A DNA stretch of 57,772 bases, filler included, from Catajapyx aquilonaris (taxonomy: Eukaryota), in NCBI GenBank assembly GCA_000934665.2. It is 2 parts of 2 records of this genome, joined end to end, with 100 filler letters (N's around TTAATTAATTAA, not from the genome) between each part and the next. Parts side by side here need not be neighbours in the genome. Positions count along the whole stretch, not along the records: positions 1 to 28,868 come from KZ539238.1; 1 more part is not named here. The stretch is one strand, 5' to 3'. This document shows, piece after piece, positions 1-14,490 of this stretch; positions within the stretch are counted from its first letter, which is position 1; every line of letters begins with the position of its first letter. The notes beneath the pieces are model-generated. The model was given only the letters and a program-made list of their open reading frames with translations, did not search any database and had not been told where the DNA came from. A program made the position numbers and the translations under genes.

Positions 1-420
1 CTCTCCCCCTTTTATTTTTAGTAGAGGAGAAAGAAGAACCCCCTCGCCTCCCTACCCCTGCCATCCCCCCCCTCTCAAAAAAAAAAGATTTTTTGTTTAA
101 AAACCAATTTTAGACGACTCGGAAGCGTAGCCACGCGCGTAATTGCACGCAACGGTACAGTGTCTTGGGGGTGGTTTGAAATATTACGGTGCGGTGCGTG
201 GCTGGCACCGGAGCTTAGCCAACTTTCGAGAAATTGGAGGGGAGCTAATTTACTGCCGGCATATTCATAAAGAATTAAAACTACCGATACTAATAATATC
301 ACGAAAGAAATATCGATACGACGATAAAGAAACTCATCGATTTTTTTTTCTTTCATTTTTAAAAAACAAGATAAAATGCAGTATGAATAAGTTACATTCA
401 GCTGAATTTTAGCCATGTAA

Positions 421-900
421 TTTTATTAGTTATTTAGTATTAGTTTTATTAGTTATTTAGTATTAGTTTTATTAGTTATTTAGTATTAGTTTATTAGTTA
501 TTTAGTATTAGTTTATTAGTATTAGTTTTATTAGTTTATTAGTATTAGTTTTATTAGTTATTTAGTATTAGTTTTATTCGTTATTAGGGTTAATTTCATT
601 AATTATTTAGTTTTAATTTTATTGGTTATTTAGTTTTAATTTTATTGGTTATTTAGTTTTAATTTTATTCGTCATTAGTTTTAATTTTATTGATTTAGTA
701 TGAGTTTTATTAGTTATTTAGTAGGCCTATTAGTTTTATTGGCTATTTAGTTTTATTCGTTATTAGTTCTAATTTTATTAGTTAGTTGTTATTAGGTTAA
801 TAAGTTATTGGCTATTATTACAAACTAATAACTCATAAAACGAATAACTTATTGGTTATAAGTTATTATAGTTTCGTAATTACAGGTTCTTACTTTAGGA
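421..900. repeat. AT-rich minisatellite (23-bp unit TTTTATTAGTTATTTAGTATTAG) decaying into cryptic simple sequence
   Basis: The unit recurs at 421, 444 and 467, then degenerates. Confidence 0.85.
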
Positions 901-3900
901 AGTTATAAGTTATTATATATTATTATATAGTTTTTAGTTATAAACATTTGAGCTAAATTAGTTTTTTTAAATAGCTAAAATACGGTTGATTAAAAATTGC
1001 TGATTGTCATGATCGTGATTCGACAGGTCTGCCAACCCCATCTTGGCAGTTCAGATCAACCGAGCGCAAAACTTGTTGGATGCATATTTCACGCGCGAGA
1101 TTAACGCCTCAGCTTCACGCGACTTAATAATAAATCACCGCCGTTTCTCTCAAGCGGCGCGCTTCTCCGTCAACTCAAAAATTTACAAGACGCCAAGGAA
1201 ATGATTGGCCAGAATTTTTAATTTGAACCCTGCTCTATAAGCGAGAAAAGAGTTATATTATCGCGATAGCATAAGCGAAGCGCTTTTTATTTGTTGGGCG
1301 CGTTGAACATGGCGTCGATGTGTTTGGTCGGTTAATTTTCCAGCTGCGACGCCGCGCTGCGCTGTGCCCCCCCCGTGCCGACTAATTGTTTTGGATCGCG
1401 AGGCTAATTGAAGTGCAAAAGCGTACTCTTCTCGAGGAGAGGAGGGGGAGAAAATGCAACCTCCCACCTCCGCCTCTTCCCAGCCTAATTGCCCCGAGGT
1501 AATCAATCCCAGGCCTCGCTACCTTTCTTCTCTATTCTTCACATCTTGCTTCTCAAGAGTCAACTTTTGGTTCAGGGTCACAGAAGGTGGTCACAAAAAT
1601 GTGATATGAATAATATAGAGAAATTTTAGAGGCGAGTGAGGTCACGGGAGATTCACGAGTAGACGGCTGGTGACCAGGGCCTTACCGCCCCGTGGTAAAA
1701 TCCTGGCCTCTTCCCGTGGCCCGCCAAAATGAACTCCTATCACAAATTGGGCGTTTGAAAGTGCCTCAATTAGTTAGTAACTGGTACTTATCCGTCCTTG
1801 TAGTCTTGTTTATCTCCAAGGATGACCTCGAGTGACACAGCCTGCAAAAAGCCAAGATTCGCTCCATTAATTGGAAGGAAAATTCATCAGTGCAACAAGC
1901 CGTCTCTAATTCGCACGTTTCATAATCCTTGCTGGGGTTGGGTTGCTGGGTACATTTGACAAAAAGGAGAGATTACCAACTCTGGGTCCTGCCTTTGAAT
2001 CCCAGTGGCGTACATTTGGATTTTGAATGGACATGATGTGCGGGTTCCCCAATCCCACCAGGAGCTGACTTGTGCAGAAATTGCTTTGGACACAGGACTT
2101 TTTGGGGTCAGCAAGAAAATCGGGAGGTCAGACCAAATTACTTCGAATCCACAAAAAGGTTGCACTCATCTTTTATGAAGCCTAATTAGGTGAGATTTTG
2201 ACGTTTCCGCTTTTACGTTCATTAGCAAAGCGAAAATTGTTCTGTCCGCCCAGGCGGTTGCGAAACTCATTAGGCCGTTTTGGTAATTGGTGTCATAGCT
2301 ATTATAGTACTCCCGCAACAATGCGGTTTTATATCTGCTCTTGACCTGTTCATATAGGCGTGCTTTGGACAAGAATTGGCCAGCCTTATTCACACAACGG
2401 GCAAAAAAGTCAAATTTGCACGAGTTTTGCAAACAATTTGGCAAAATTATCATAAATTAGTTTAAGCCATTTTTAATATTTTGGATTTTTAAATTAATGT
2501 GATAAAAGGCTACTCTTCTGAATAAATATGCAATTTTTCTGCCATTTACCATCCGGAATATTTTGGAAATGACAAAGTTTTAACAATTGCAAAATTTTGA
2601 AAATTGAAGATTGAAAAGTGAAAAATTAAAACGGAAAATTGGGAAAACTTTAAATTAATACTATTGAAAAAGGATAATATGAATATTTAAAAATTGACAA
2701 TTAAAATCTAAATACTGAGACAATGAAAAAAATAGCTGATAATGAAACAATATATTAGAAATTGCGATTTATAAATTGTAATCAAACGTTGGAAATTTGA
2801 ATATAAATTTGACAATTGTAATTTGGACATTGTAATGCCAATATTGAAAATTAAAATTAAAAATTATTGTAATTTATAAATTTTGAAAGCATAATAATCA
2901 TGGTTAATATAATCTCACTTGCATTCACACAAATTTCAAAACTTAGCATCTCAAATAATTCTGAACTTAACTTTCAATATATTCTCGGCTTTAATTCAAG
3001 GTTTCAGCATCAATATGCACACTCCCTAAAATCGATCCCAGCTTCAAATTTTTTTTTTTTTTGCAAATGCGAAAAAAGCCATCCACATCTCTTAATTCAA
3101 GTTCAATGACGCTCATATACCTTTCGCAAAAAAAATTGGTCTTGTCCACTCTGACCAGGATCAATACCCACTTTTTGTCTACCATCGCATCACGCAAACA
3201 CCAGACTTTATTGAAAATTAGCTTTTAGCAAAAAAAGCTCCTTTTGCCTTTAAAATTTGACCAAAAAAAAACTGTTTTTGTGTAAAAAAAAAAAACTTGG
3301 GCTTTTCTAAAATTCATTATCTTCTTACACACAGGGCCAGTTTTAAGCTTAATAGAAATTCCGATGCCACTTGCCTAGGGTTAGGTTGTGAGAAATCTAC
3401 TTTATACCCCTACCATATACCCCCATGGCCTCTCTTTTTACCCCCCTCCCCATCTACTTTTTTTTGGACCCCCCCCCCTACCTCTCTCACTGTGTGTTAG
3501 AAAAGTAAGCTGGATGACTCCAATCAGAAGTCGCTTTGTTACGGGGGGATGGCGCGAGTGTTGATTCGGGTTCCTATCGCTGCCTCTCAGGCCTTGCATA
3601 ACCGGAGAGAGAGAGATGGATAGGAGGGAGGGTATGATGGGGGGGAAAGTGGGTGGCTAGAGAGAGAGGAGAGGTTTGCATGGGANGAGACTTTTTTTTC
3701 TGGTTCTAGTTCCGGAGCTGTTTCCACCAACAAGGGCTCCCAGAAAAAAATGGGGCCAATAGGTACCGGAGTTGAAATTATGGACATTTGGAGGAATGTG
3801 TGGGGGTGTTGAAAGTCGTGGCCATTTTTTTAAATATTATCCAAATGGTGTATACCTGGGAGTTGGTGTTCATTAGGAAGGATGGCTTAGGTTTCAAAGA

Positions 3901-4899
3901 AGCAGCTTCGGACTTTGTCGCTTAATGCAAGAGGGAACAATTTGGCAAAATTTGGCAACACTCCCCTGTCCACCCAGCACCCTCCTATTGCGCACGTTTT
4001 TATAACAAATATCACCAATATGCCCATAACCGTTATTATTCTAACATTCTAACCATTGAGTAGTAGCTACGTTTCATTCGCTAATGTGCCCATGCCACGT
4101 TAGAGTTTGAATTAAATCCTTGCGTTAATTATTTAAAGAGTTTACTCCACCCAATATTACCAACAACAATTTTTGACACCTAGAAGTGACTGCTGAAATC
4201 AGGTTAGCACGAAAACATTGGCTAACTGAAATTGGCAAAAATGCAGGTAAGAGCTGGGTGGGCGCGCAAATGTCCCGTTCATCATCCAATTTTTGCACTG
4301 ATATTTGAGCAGCATTCGCGAATTAAATCGGACAGGCAGCCACTACAAAAAAAAATCGCGACACATTTGCTCTAATAGTTCGGAGTAAGCATCAGACACA
4401 TTTCATCGCTTAAAAAAAAACTAAAATCGCAGACTGTTCCGGCGAAACGACCTGCACGTGACATATATCCAATTCCGCTCCCAGCTTTTCACGCGCCGGG
4501 TATATACACTATGTATTTTTTGCGTGTTTCCTTTTCCGATACGTCCCTTGCAGCTAACTGTAAACAGCGGTTTTTTTGGGAGCCATTTGCATTGTCATGT
4601 GACGCCACTCTAGTTCTTAATGGTCTGCTATTATCGGCTAAAATTCGCGATCTCTATGGAGTGGTGAACTACTTACTTCCCAAATGCAAGAGAAGGGTTA
4701 TATGATTGGAAGATTAGGGTTATATTCCGATTTATCGAAGTATAGATATTGCATTTTATACATCGAGAATCGATAACAGTCAAATATATCGATTATCGAA
4801 AATACATATATCGAGTATCGAAAATATATATCGCGTATAGTTATACTGCATCTAATAAATAATAAAAAATGAAAATTATTATATCGAATAGATCTCATA

Positions 4900-5480
4900 A
4901 TTATACGAATAGATATCTAAAATATCGAATATCGGCAATATCTAAATTATCGAATATCGACAATATCTCAATTATCGACAATATCTAAATTATCGATAAT
5001 ATAGATATATAAATATCGAATATTGATATCGACAATGTCTAAATTATCGATTATATAGATATATAAATATCTGATATCGATAATATCTGATATATCTAAT
5101 ATCGATAATATCTGATATATCTAATATCGATAATATCTGATATATCTAATATCGATAATATCTGATATATCTAATATCGATAATATCTGATACATTTAAT
5201 ATCGATAATATCTGATATATTTAATATCGATAATATCGATAATATCTGATATATCTAATATGATAATATCTGATATATCTAATATGATAATATCTGATAT
5301 ATCTAATATGATATCTGATATATCTAATATGATATCTGATATATCTAATATGATAATATCTGATATATCTAATATGATAATATCTGATATATCTAATATC
5401 GATAATTTCGATATAAATATCAATAATATCAGATGCTTCTAGTATCGATAATATCTAACACATCTAGTATCGATAATATC
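4900..5480. repeat. 24-bp ATATCGAT/GATATATC minisatellite
   Basis: Tandem units of about 24 bp (CTAATATCGATAATATCTGATATA); they explain the repetitive ORFs 5196-5423 and 5260-5442. Confidence 0.9.
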
Positions 5481-7892
5481 TAACGCCGATTATGATATCT
5501 AATAATTTCTAATGGAAATTTGGTAATAAGTATAGTCCGATATATTGAGAATCTATTTTGTCCCGTGCATCAAATAGCAATCATATAAACGACATCAAAA
5601 TATTACACATGCCTAGTGGGATGACTTGCTTCCCTCTTTAACAATACTAGAGTGAAGCAACAATTATTGCGACTGGTGAATAGCATTTGTTGCTTCTTTA
5701 GTACGTAGTTGCTATAGGTTGGACTTCGGAGGTAAGGGGAATATTTCTCGATAAGTCGACCATGATATGTCGATATTTTCTCTCATCACTGGGCCTGATC
5801 ATTGCTCGCTAAGAGTTTCCTCTCTTTAAACGGGTTGCTTGGGTAAACGACCCGTAACATCTCCGGGACTGCGTATTCAGTCGTTGCATAACCCTATTGA
5901 AGGCTGGTAACTGCTGGAATTGGAACCTGAAGACGCAGTTAGAGACGTGTTATCGCGTCACGTACCTCCAAACGACCGTTTCAACGTGCCCTCTTCAACC
6001 CTCTAAAAAAAGAGTGCGAAAAATCCGCAAAAAAACGAGTCCCGCAGATCAATCCTGGCAATTAGAGTGGTGAGCCCAGAACTGTGTGTGTGGGGATGGG
6101 GGACTCATTCCGTTTGTGTGTGACACATACGCCAAAACTGTCGTGCCGATGACACCCTAATAACTTGCCCATAAAAATATTCTGAAAATTTACCATCAAA
6201 AAATTTATCAAATTGTCCTCATTGGATATTAATACAATACTCGTATAAAGCAAACAATAAATCGCAAATATGCATTTAAATGCTCCATAAATTAATTTAA
6301 AAATCTTATTATTAACATCATACATGAGTCGCAATTTAGATATTAAATAATACCCATAAAAATATCCCATAAAATAAATTGTTAGGTACCCACCCAAATA
6401 ACCCTAAAATAACCTTCATGAATTCTTCACCAACACATTTGCGTCTCACCTGCAGCATATGACAGGTAGCAGTTATCAGTAACAGTTAAGGAGTAGCTGT
6501 TATTGCCTAAGAGGTAGCGCCTAATAAGCACCAATAATTAATTTATAGCTGCTTATTCGGCCAACAAATAACCAGTGGCCCAGTCACAGCTGATTGGTAA
6601 CAACTGTTTTGCTCGACAAGTAGCGGCTAATTTGTAACTGCTTATGAGAACTAAAAATAGCAAACAAGCAACAATTACAAGTATAATAGTAGCAAATAAG
6701 TATCAGCTACTGGTAACAATAAGTAACTGTAATACCAATAGCAGTAATAACTGGTAACAGTTAATAACTAATAACAATAACTGTAATAACCACTAACTGT
6801 AATAACAATAACTGTAATAACAATAACTGTAATAACAATGACAGTAATAAGTATCAGCTACTGGTAACAGTTATTAAGTAGCAGCTACCAGTAACGCTTA
6901 AATGATAGCGTCTATTTGTAACAGCTAATAAGTAGTCTCAGCTACTGGTAACGGCCAAATAATAGCGGCTATCATATGACCGTTACTGATAAGCTAGCAC
7001 TTATTAACTGTTACTGGTTACTTCTACTTACTGGTTGTTACTTGTAGCCGCTATGTAGTGGCTGTTACTGATTGGCTTTTATTAGCTTTTAGTAATAGCC
7101 AATAAGTAGAAGCTACTGGTAACGGACAAATAATAGCAGGCATCATTGGAGCGTTACTGTTAAGCTGCTACTTAGTAACTGTTGCTAGTAACAGCTACTT
7201 ACTGCTTGTGACGTGTATCTGTTACTACTAGCTATTATAAGGCGCGCCTAAACCATATGTAGCGAGTAATTTCAAACTGTTATTGGCAGCATGAGCCATT
7301 CCAGTAGCTGCTAACGACATTACATTCCGTTTCTGGCTTGACATGTACGCAGAAAAAGCCATCTCCGGATCTCCCCCTTCCCACACTCCCACCCTCCGGA
7401 AGTGGGTGGCAGGTCGGTTAGGAAACAAAAGAGAGCTCGACCGGCTTGTTTAGAAAAGCAGCCTCACATCCAACCAGCAAGCCCAAGCATTCCTGGGCCA
7501 GATAATCAGCTATCGAAAATTATGCCCGGTTGGGACTAATCCCCCCCCCCCCTCTCTCTCTCTGGCCGCTCATTTAGTTTCCGGAGAGAGTTTCCGGGAC
7601 CAGACCTCGGTCAATACTAGAGTCCGGTACAGAAAATGGACTATTCAACCCGATCCGTCGGGTGTGCGTGTGGGTGTGTGTGACGCGAGCTGTTCACTTA
7701 CATCAAGGTTGGGTTTCAAGCCCTCAAGCCACCTGCGTCATACGTCACGAAACTACTTTGGAAGGGGTATTACGGTGGCTTCACATATTCACGTGTAGAG
7801 ACATTGTGTCGGACATTTGATTTAACTGGGAAATAATTACGGCAGGTTACATGAACTCGAGTTACAGTTAACGACGGACTTGTAGCTTCTTG

Positions 7893-8062
7893 TATATGTT
7901 AGGCTCAAACCCCGAAAACGGCCATTGGGCGAAAAAACGTCCATTCTGCAGAATGGACGGTTTGACATAGAGCATTCTGCAGAATTCTCCGTCCATTCTG
8001 CAGTATATGGACGTTTTTATTTTTCGCCCAATGGCCGTTGTCGGGGTTTGGGCCTAACATAT
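7893..8062. mobile_element. Palindromic MITE (TIR TATATGTTAGGCTCAAACCCCGA)
   Basis: The left end TATATGTTAGGCTCAAACCCCGAAAACGGCCATTGGGCGAAA is mirrored by TTTCGCCCAATGGCCGTTGTCGGGGTTTGGGCCTAACATATA. A partial copy of the family lies at about 31199-31262. Confidence 0.8.
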
Positions 8063-8731
8063 ACATGAAGATTAACATCTGTTCGGACAACCTGTCTTTA
8101 TCTGCATTAAGAGAAGCTGACATAATATTATTATCAAACCTAATATTGGCGGGTAATGTTTTTGATATGTGCTGAAATTACCTTTCAACAGTGAGTTACT
8201 GGAGGCTATTGCTTCCAATAACACACTGTAGAAATGTTACTCCTTATAATTACAACACTCGAAAAACCGTCGACTTCGCTCGCATTTTTCTAGGCCAGAT
8301 AGTTACCCCTCCCATCCACCGGAGGCGCTGCCTCCACCCCATTGCGCATGAGCAGAACGCGGGCCAATCGGAAGCGGTGTTGTAACAACAATAAGCGGCG
8401 GACGAATAAGAGGGCATAACCAAACAACGAAGGATTTTAATATTTGTATAGATAATTTTAGTCTTTCAAAGTAACTGTTCAGAATAAGCAACGGATTAGC
8501 CTTTAAAATCAAGTGCTTCATAAGCAACGTATATCGACATTCTTAACAAGCATCTGCTTAAAAATAATCAGCATAAATTTTGATGCCATTTAAACAAATT
8601 GCTCGACAATTTTCTATTGCCTTTGCGACTAACATCTTCATAATACAGGCGTGTTTTGATATCATTTCAAAGTAACGGCTTTAAGAATCTTCACAAGTTT
8701 TGATAACATTTACAGGAACTGCCTTATTATT

Positions 8732-9346
8732 CAGGGTGTTCCAAATTCATGGGTCATTTTGTATAACTGATATCGCCCGATAGTTGTTATTTTTTGTAGT
8801 TTGTGCTCTTAAACCAGGTGTCCCATTTTATAGCAACCGCTACATTGAGACCCCCTGGGAGTTGGGCGCACAACAAGCTACCAAAAATAACTACTATCGG
8901 TGGATATCAGTTATAAAACAAGATTGGCAAATCGGGGTAGTGATTAGAGTAGACTGTCATATTTACTGCTATTGTCCCCAACGTCTGTCATGGGACTAGG
9001 AGGGTGGAAAGTGTGATCTGGGGGAGGGGTAGTGGGGGGACTGGGCGTTCAGGGGGAGGGAGTGGTTGGAGAGGGAGCAGCCAGGGGGAAGGAGCGGACA
9101 GAGTGAACCCGGAACCCGAAAATTGAAAAAAAAATGTCTTATAGCACGGCTCTGTCTGTCTGGTGTGTGGGGGGAAAGGGTGGTCAGGGGTAGGGGAGGA
9201 GGCAGCCAGGGGGCCTGAAAATAGTCTTATAACACGGCTCTGTCTGTCTGTCTGTCTGTCTGATACCTGTCCACAGACAGAGCCGTTCTATGAGACTTTT
9301 TTCTTCGAAAAAGTCTAAAACTATACCTACGAATTTCGAACACCCT
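8732..9346. mobile_element. Tc1/mariner-type MITE, TIR CAGGGTGTTC
   Basis: Starts CAGGGTGTTCCAAATTC and ends GAATTTCGAACACCCTG followed by TA. The internal hairpin is shared with the copy at 11670-11988. Confidence 0.65.
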
Positions 9347-10427
9347 GTAAATATATTTTCATGGCATTTAACTGTTTAATAATAAGCAGCGTATTTGTAA
9401 TAGCCGTTAAATGCAGCTGCTTAAAAGCAGCTTTGTTTGTCTCCTAAAAATGGCTGAAACGAACATTAAATTTGGATCCCGCCGCATGTGAAGATGACTA
9501 CGTGAAGAGTGTCATATTCCGAGGGCTTCATTTGCCTACGTCACATGTAGTGTCAAGTGCTTTTCGACATGGCCGCAATCGGAGGTGGGGGCGCTGGCTC
9601 TGTTTCCGCTCGGACTTGTCAGAGGCGGACCCCCTAATACATTACAGGGTAACGCTTTTCGGTTTTAATAAATTACTGATGCAACCGGCTCTCGGCGGGA
9701 CCCGGTTTTACGGGCATTAAGGAAGCGGACACACATCAGGCTACATGGGCATTACTAAACATTAATGCGTATTATGCGGGGGAGCGATACCTCCCCACCC
9801 ACCCACAAAATTCATATATGCAGAGAGAGGAAGGGGGGGGGGGGTATAGTCAGCATGACACTTGCTATCAGTTCGTCATCTCCTATTTCTCTCCCTGTCA
9901 GGGACACAATTTGATTGCTGGTCCCCACACCCACACACACGTACACCGTATGCATAATTCATGGTCCAAATGGAAATACATACAGTGGAGATTCGAAGCA
10001 CTCAACACCAGTGTCCGTGCAAAGAATCTCACTTTTTGGCCAAGGAATATCATTATCGCATTTCAAAACGGAAGGAAAAAAAAAATATCTCCACAAAATG
10101 GCAGGTTTCAATGTGCAGAATGAATAAGTGAGGCAGGATTTGATGCTTTCAATACGTGAAAACGTATCGTTATAGTGATAGAGCTGATTCTATCAAAATG
10201 TTCGACGTTATTCGTAATATATTATAAAACACTGTCATAATCTCCGAAATGTACGTAATAATAACGTTTAAAAATGTCAAAATAACGTAATTGCCCGTAA
10301 CGTTTGAGAATAACGCTTAACGTAAATATCAGGTAGCAGATAAGAATAACGTATAACGTAAAGAACGGCTAACTCATAATAACAGCTAATTGAGCTAACA
10401 TAAGAACAGCAGCAGAAAACAAAAGAG

Positions 10428-10830
10428 TCACGCATGACGCGAATAGCAGAAACCGTATAAGAGTAACGCAAGACGCGAATAGCAGAAACCGTATAAGAGT
10501 AACGCATTACGCGAATAGGAGAGAACGTATAAGAGTAACGCATGACGCGAATAGCAGAAAGCGTGTAAGAGTAGCGCAAGAAGCGAATAGCAGAAAACGT
10601 ATAAGAGTAGCGCATGACGCGAATAGCAGAAAGCGTATAAGAGTAACGCATTACGCGAATAGGAGAGAACGTATAAGAGTAACGCATGACGCGAATAGCA
10701 GAAAGCGTGTAAGAGTAGCGCAAGACGCGAATAGCAGAAAACGTGTAAGAGTAGCGCATGACGCGAATAGCAGAAAGCGTATAAGAGTAACGCATGACGT
10801 GAATAGCAGTAAACGTATAAGAGTAACGTA
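10428..10830. repeat. 36-bp minisatellite (about 11 copies)
   Basis: The unit GTATAAGAGTAACGCATGACGCGAATAGCAGAAAGC is repeated head to tail with no spacers; this gives the 12-aa periodicity in ORF 10277-10972. Confidence 0.9.
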
Positions 10831-11669
10831 TAACTAAATAACATGTTGCGTATACGAGTAACACATGACGTGATAACAGATAACAGATAACGTGCAAGAG
10901 TAACGTATAACTAAATAATAGGTGACGTACAAGAGCCACGCGCATATCGTAATTACGGAAAAATATTTGCACACTTTCAACCTAAATTTATGAACTATAT
11001 GTAAATTGCAAAAATGTGTGAATCAGCACCTTCATATTAAACAATTCCCAACATATTAACTTTCACTTTTCCAACAATGAAAACAAGGAGCACTGAAACG
11101 ATCGGAAATTAAATTTTTGTTAAAAAATTTAATCTCTAAAGTGACAGATTGCTGATGAAACCAACTCTTGCGTGTGTCATCACCTGCATTATCTGTGGTG
11201 TAACAATATATGCAACTCATAGCAGCGAGTGAAGGGGGTGGGGGTGGGGGGGATGGCGACCGCTATTAGCGAACTACCACACAACAAAATTCCAGCGAAA
11301 TTATTTTCGCTGCAAGCTTGTTAAATCTGCCTTGTGTGTGTTTTCGAATAATTAATCACTGCAAAAAGCACTCGCTGTCATCAATATAGTGCAAGCTGCA
11401 CTTTTTTATTAGTTTTTTTTTTTTTTTGGTGGGGGACTCTCACACTCACTCTCTCTATTCCACGTTCAACCATGCACTATAGCGGCTACCCACATATTTG
11501 TTGTTAATGTTGGATGCAATACAGGTTTTGCACCGATCAACAGAAGTTATTAACAATGATCCACACATGGTTTCACATTATGTGAAGCTCCATGTGGATT
11601 CAAAGAATTTTGTGGGCGCATTTTAATTGCAATATTTTAAAATTTAGTGTATATTTTTAATTGTAATAT

Positions 11670-11758
11670 ACAGGGTGTTCCAAGTTCGTGGGTCGCTTTT
11701 CTTATCGCTAATATTGCCCGAAGTCTCCCTGCGTTTGTAGGCAGGGAGGAAAATTATT

Positions 11759-11808
<50 letters not shown>

Positions 11809-11988
11809 ATATTGCCCGAAGTGGTTATTTTTTGTAGCTTGTTGTGCCCCTAATCAGTATAGCAACTTCTATATTCGACCTGTGAGTAATGGGGCAACTA
11901 ATTAGGGTCACAACCAGCTACAAAAAAAATGACCACTTCGTGCAATATTAGTGATAAGAAAAGTGACCCACGAACTTGGAACACCCTG
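11670..11988. mobile_element. Tc1/mariner-type MITE (TA-flanked) containing a truncated retro-insertion
   Basis: TA-CAGGGTGTTCCAAGTTCGTGGGTC ... GACCCACGAACTTGGAACACCCTG-TA. The insert at 11725-11807 has a (TAT)n tail and the direct repeat AATATTGCCCGAAGT on both sides. Confidence 0.85.
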
Positions 11989-12339
11989 TATTTTTAAATT
12001 TCAATGTCCATTTTAAATTTCAATGTATGATCATTTTAATTTCATAATTTTAAATCTGTATTATTCTGTCATATTTTCAGTATAACTTCTGATGTTAGAT
12101 TTAACACACTACAATATTTCTACACCGTTATTCTAATGTAGTGTTATTCCTATTGTAGTGAACTAATATTCTAATAATAGTCAGTATAATAAAATTATTT
12201 GATTAACGGATTAATTAATTAATTAATTAATATTTTCTTCTGTGCCATTTCTTGATTCATTCATATATTTATTTAAATTTATTGACATTTTCTTAAGATA
12301 TATTATCATTTAATAAGTGTTTTATGGGAGAAAATATAT

Positions 12340-12470
12340 CATTTTAGAAAATATATTATTTCAGAAAATATATTATTTCAGAAAATATATTATTTCAGAA
12401 AATATATTATTTTAGAAAATATATTATTTTAGAAACAGATATTATTTTAGAAAATATGGTATCACTTTAG
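12340..12470. repeat. 17-bp minisatellite (TCAGAAAATATATTATT)
   Basis: The unit recurs at 12361, 12378 and 12395. Confidence 0.85.
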
Positions 12471-13869
12471 AAATACATGTTATATGCAAATATTGTAATT
12501 ATTATTTACTAATACCGGTGCCCCGAATAACAATATTGGAGAATTGGAGATTACGAGTGTGTCGAGGGCCCTATAATAAGGCCACATGCACGATAACCAT
12601 GGATTAATTTTATTGGGAGATTGTTCCCAATTTTTGGAAAATTAGGGCCAAATTTCGTAGATTTGAATGCATATTATATCAGGATATTCCGATATCGCCC
12701 TGGCCCTACCTAGACCCCTCTAGACCTCCCGCCCCCAACCTTTCGGACACAACTTGTGTGTCCTTTTCACTTTCCCAGCTCTTAGGATGAATATGTACAC
12801 ATCACAAACTGTTAATTAGCCTACAAATCCTGGACACGGAAACCTGTCACATCCAGTGCGCCTAATTCCAGATAAACATGTCCCTCAGAACAAACAGGCC
12901 TCTTAATCCCCTATCCCCACCTTCCACCCCTTCCTTCCCCCCCTTTTCCATTCAACCAACTCTCTGAATTGGGAGCCCCATCTAGTGTGTACCCAGTCAA
13001 AATCACAGCTGACATTTTAATACAGCGGTAGGAACAGGTGGAAGTCAGTTGATACATCAAGGAACTTGGCACGGTACCTGTCTCCATAAGGTTAATTACA
13101 AAAAGGGGGGGTGCAGGAGGTTGAAAAGGTTGATTTTTCGGAGGAAACATCCATCACTTTTTGAAAGACAACTTTTTTAAAAAACCACAAGATGGAGGGG
13201 AAAAAAAGAAACGTCTCCATTTTTTCGCACTTTTTGGGGGAGGGAAGGCGAGTGATTACATCGGTTTGGCGCTTCTGGTCTCATTATTCATTTGCATAAT
13301 CCTTTGTGCGAAGTTCAGGCCACGAGGAGGCTTCCCTAATGCCTGTGTCAGGGAAAAAATAGGGCCTGCGTCAGCCTGCCTTCTAAATGAGAAAGAAGTG
13401 TGCAGCAACCCACATTTTTGGGGCCTCCTTGAGTTTCATCAGTCCGAAAGATCTGGGTAGAAAGAAGAAGAAGAAAAGAAGATGAGGGAAAGAGAACGCA
13501 GGGAAAAAAATTGGGAGGAAAATAAGAAGAAATCTGCCATTTTGATGGGAGGCTCATATTTGGCGAGATGTAAAGACCGCGACTTATGACGTGCAATTAG
13601 AGCAATAAGAATTAATTATCATGTATTTAACACTGGTCGTCTTAAAATGACCTGGCACTACCTGGAGAGAAAACTTTATTCATTTTATTTAATTACTACT
13701 TGTACTGGTAATTTCTACGTTGACTTCTTGTTGCGTTCACTAATTAATTCATTCATTATAATTTACTTGTTCTAAGTACCAGTATTCCATTTCCTTTTTG
13801 TTGTACTTGATTCATTCATCCATTCAATCATTATTTTGCTTGTTCTATGTAGCCTACTACTTCGTCATT

Positions 13870-14490
13870 TACATTTTATTTATTTATTTATATCTATTTA
13901 TATCTATTTATATCTATTTATATCTATTTATTTCTATTTATTTATTTATTTCTCTTTATTTATTATTTATTTCTCTTTATTTATTATTTATTTCTATTTA
14001 TTTATTATTTATTTCTACTTATTTCTATTTATTTATATTTATTTATTTATTTATATTTATTTATTATTTATTTCTATTTATTATTTCATTATATTCACAT
14101 GATAACTTATTTATTTCATTATATTTACATGATAACATTTATTTACATACCCGTTTACACTCTACTTACTTGTTAACATTCGTATTTACTTATTATTGTT
14201 AAATATTTACTTATTAGTGTTTTGTGTACGTACTTATTCGTTTACATAATTTACTTGTTTCCACACTTATTCGCTTACATAATTTACTTGCTTACGTACT
14301 AATTCGTCTGCATAATTTACTTGTGTACGTACTTATTCGTTTGCATAATTTACTTGTGTACGTACTTATTCGTTTGCATAATTTACTTGTGTACGTACTT
14401 ATTCGTTTACATTATTTACTTATTTCCACACTTATTCGCTTACATAATTTACTTTCTTACATACTAATTCGTTTGCATAATTTACTAGTG
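13870..14490. repeat. T/A-rich simple repeat followed by a 33-bp minisatellite
   Basis: A (TATTTA)-like tract at 13870-14100, then units GTGTACGTACTTATTCGTTTGCATAATTTACTT at 14224-14490. Confidence 0.85.

Noticed and set aside
10428..10830. CRISPR-like array or repetitive protein (ORFs 10277-10972 and 10428-10844)
   Set aside because: The 36-bp units are contiguous with no unique spacers, there are no cas genes, and the context is eukaryotic. The ORFs are by-products of a unit length divisible by three.
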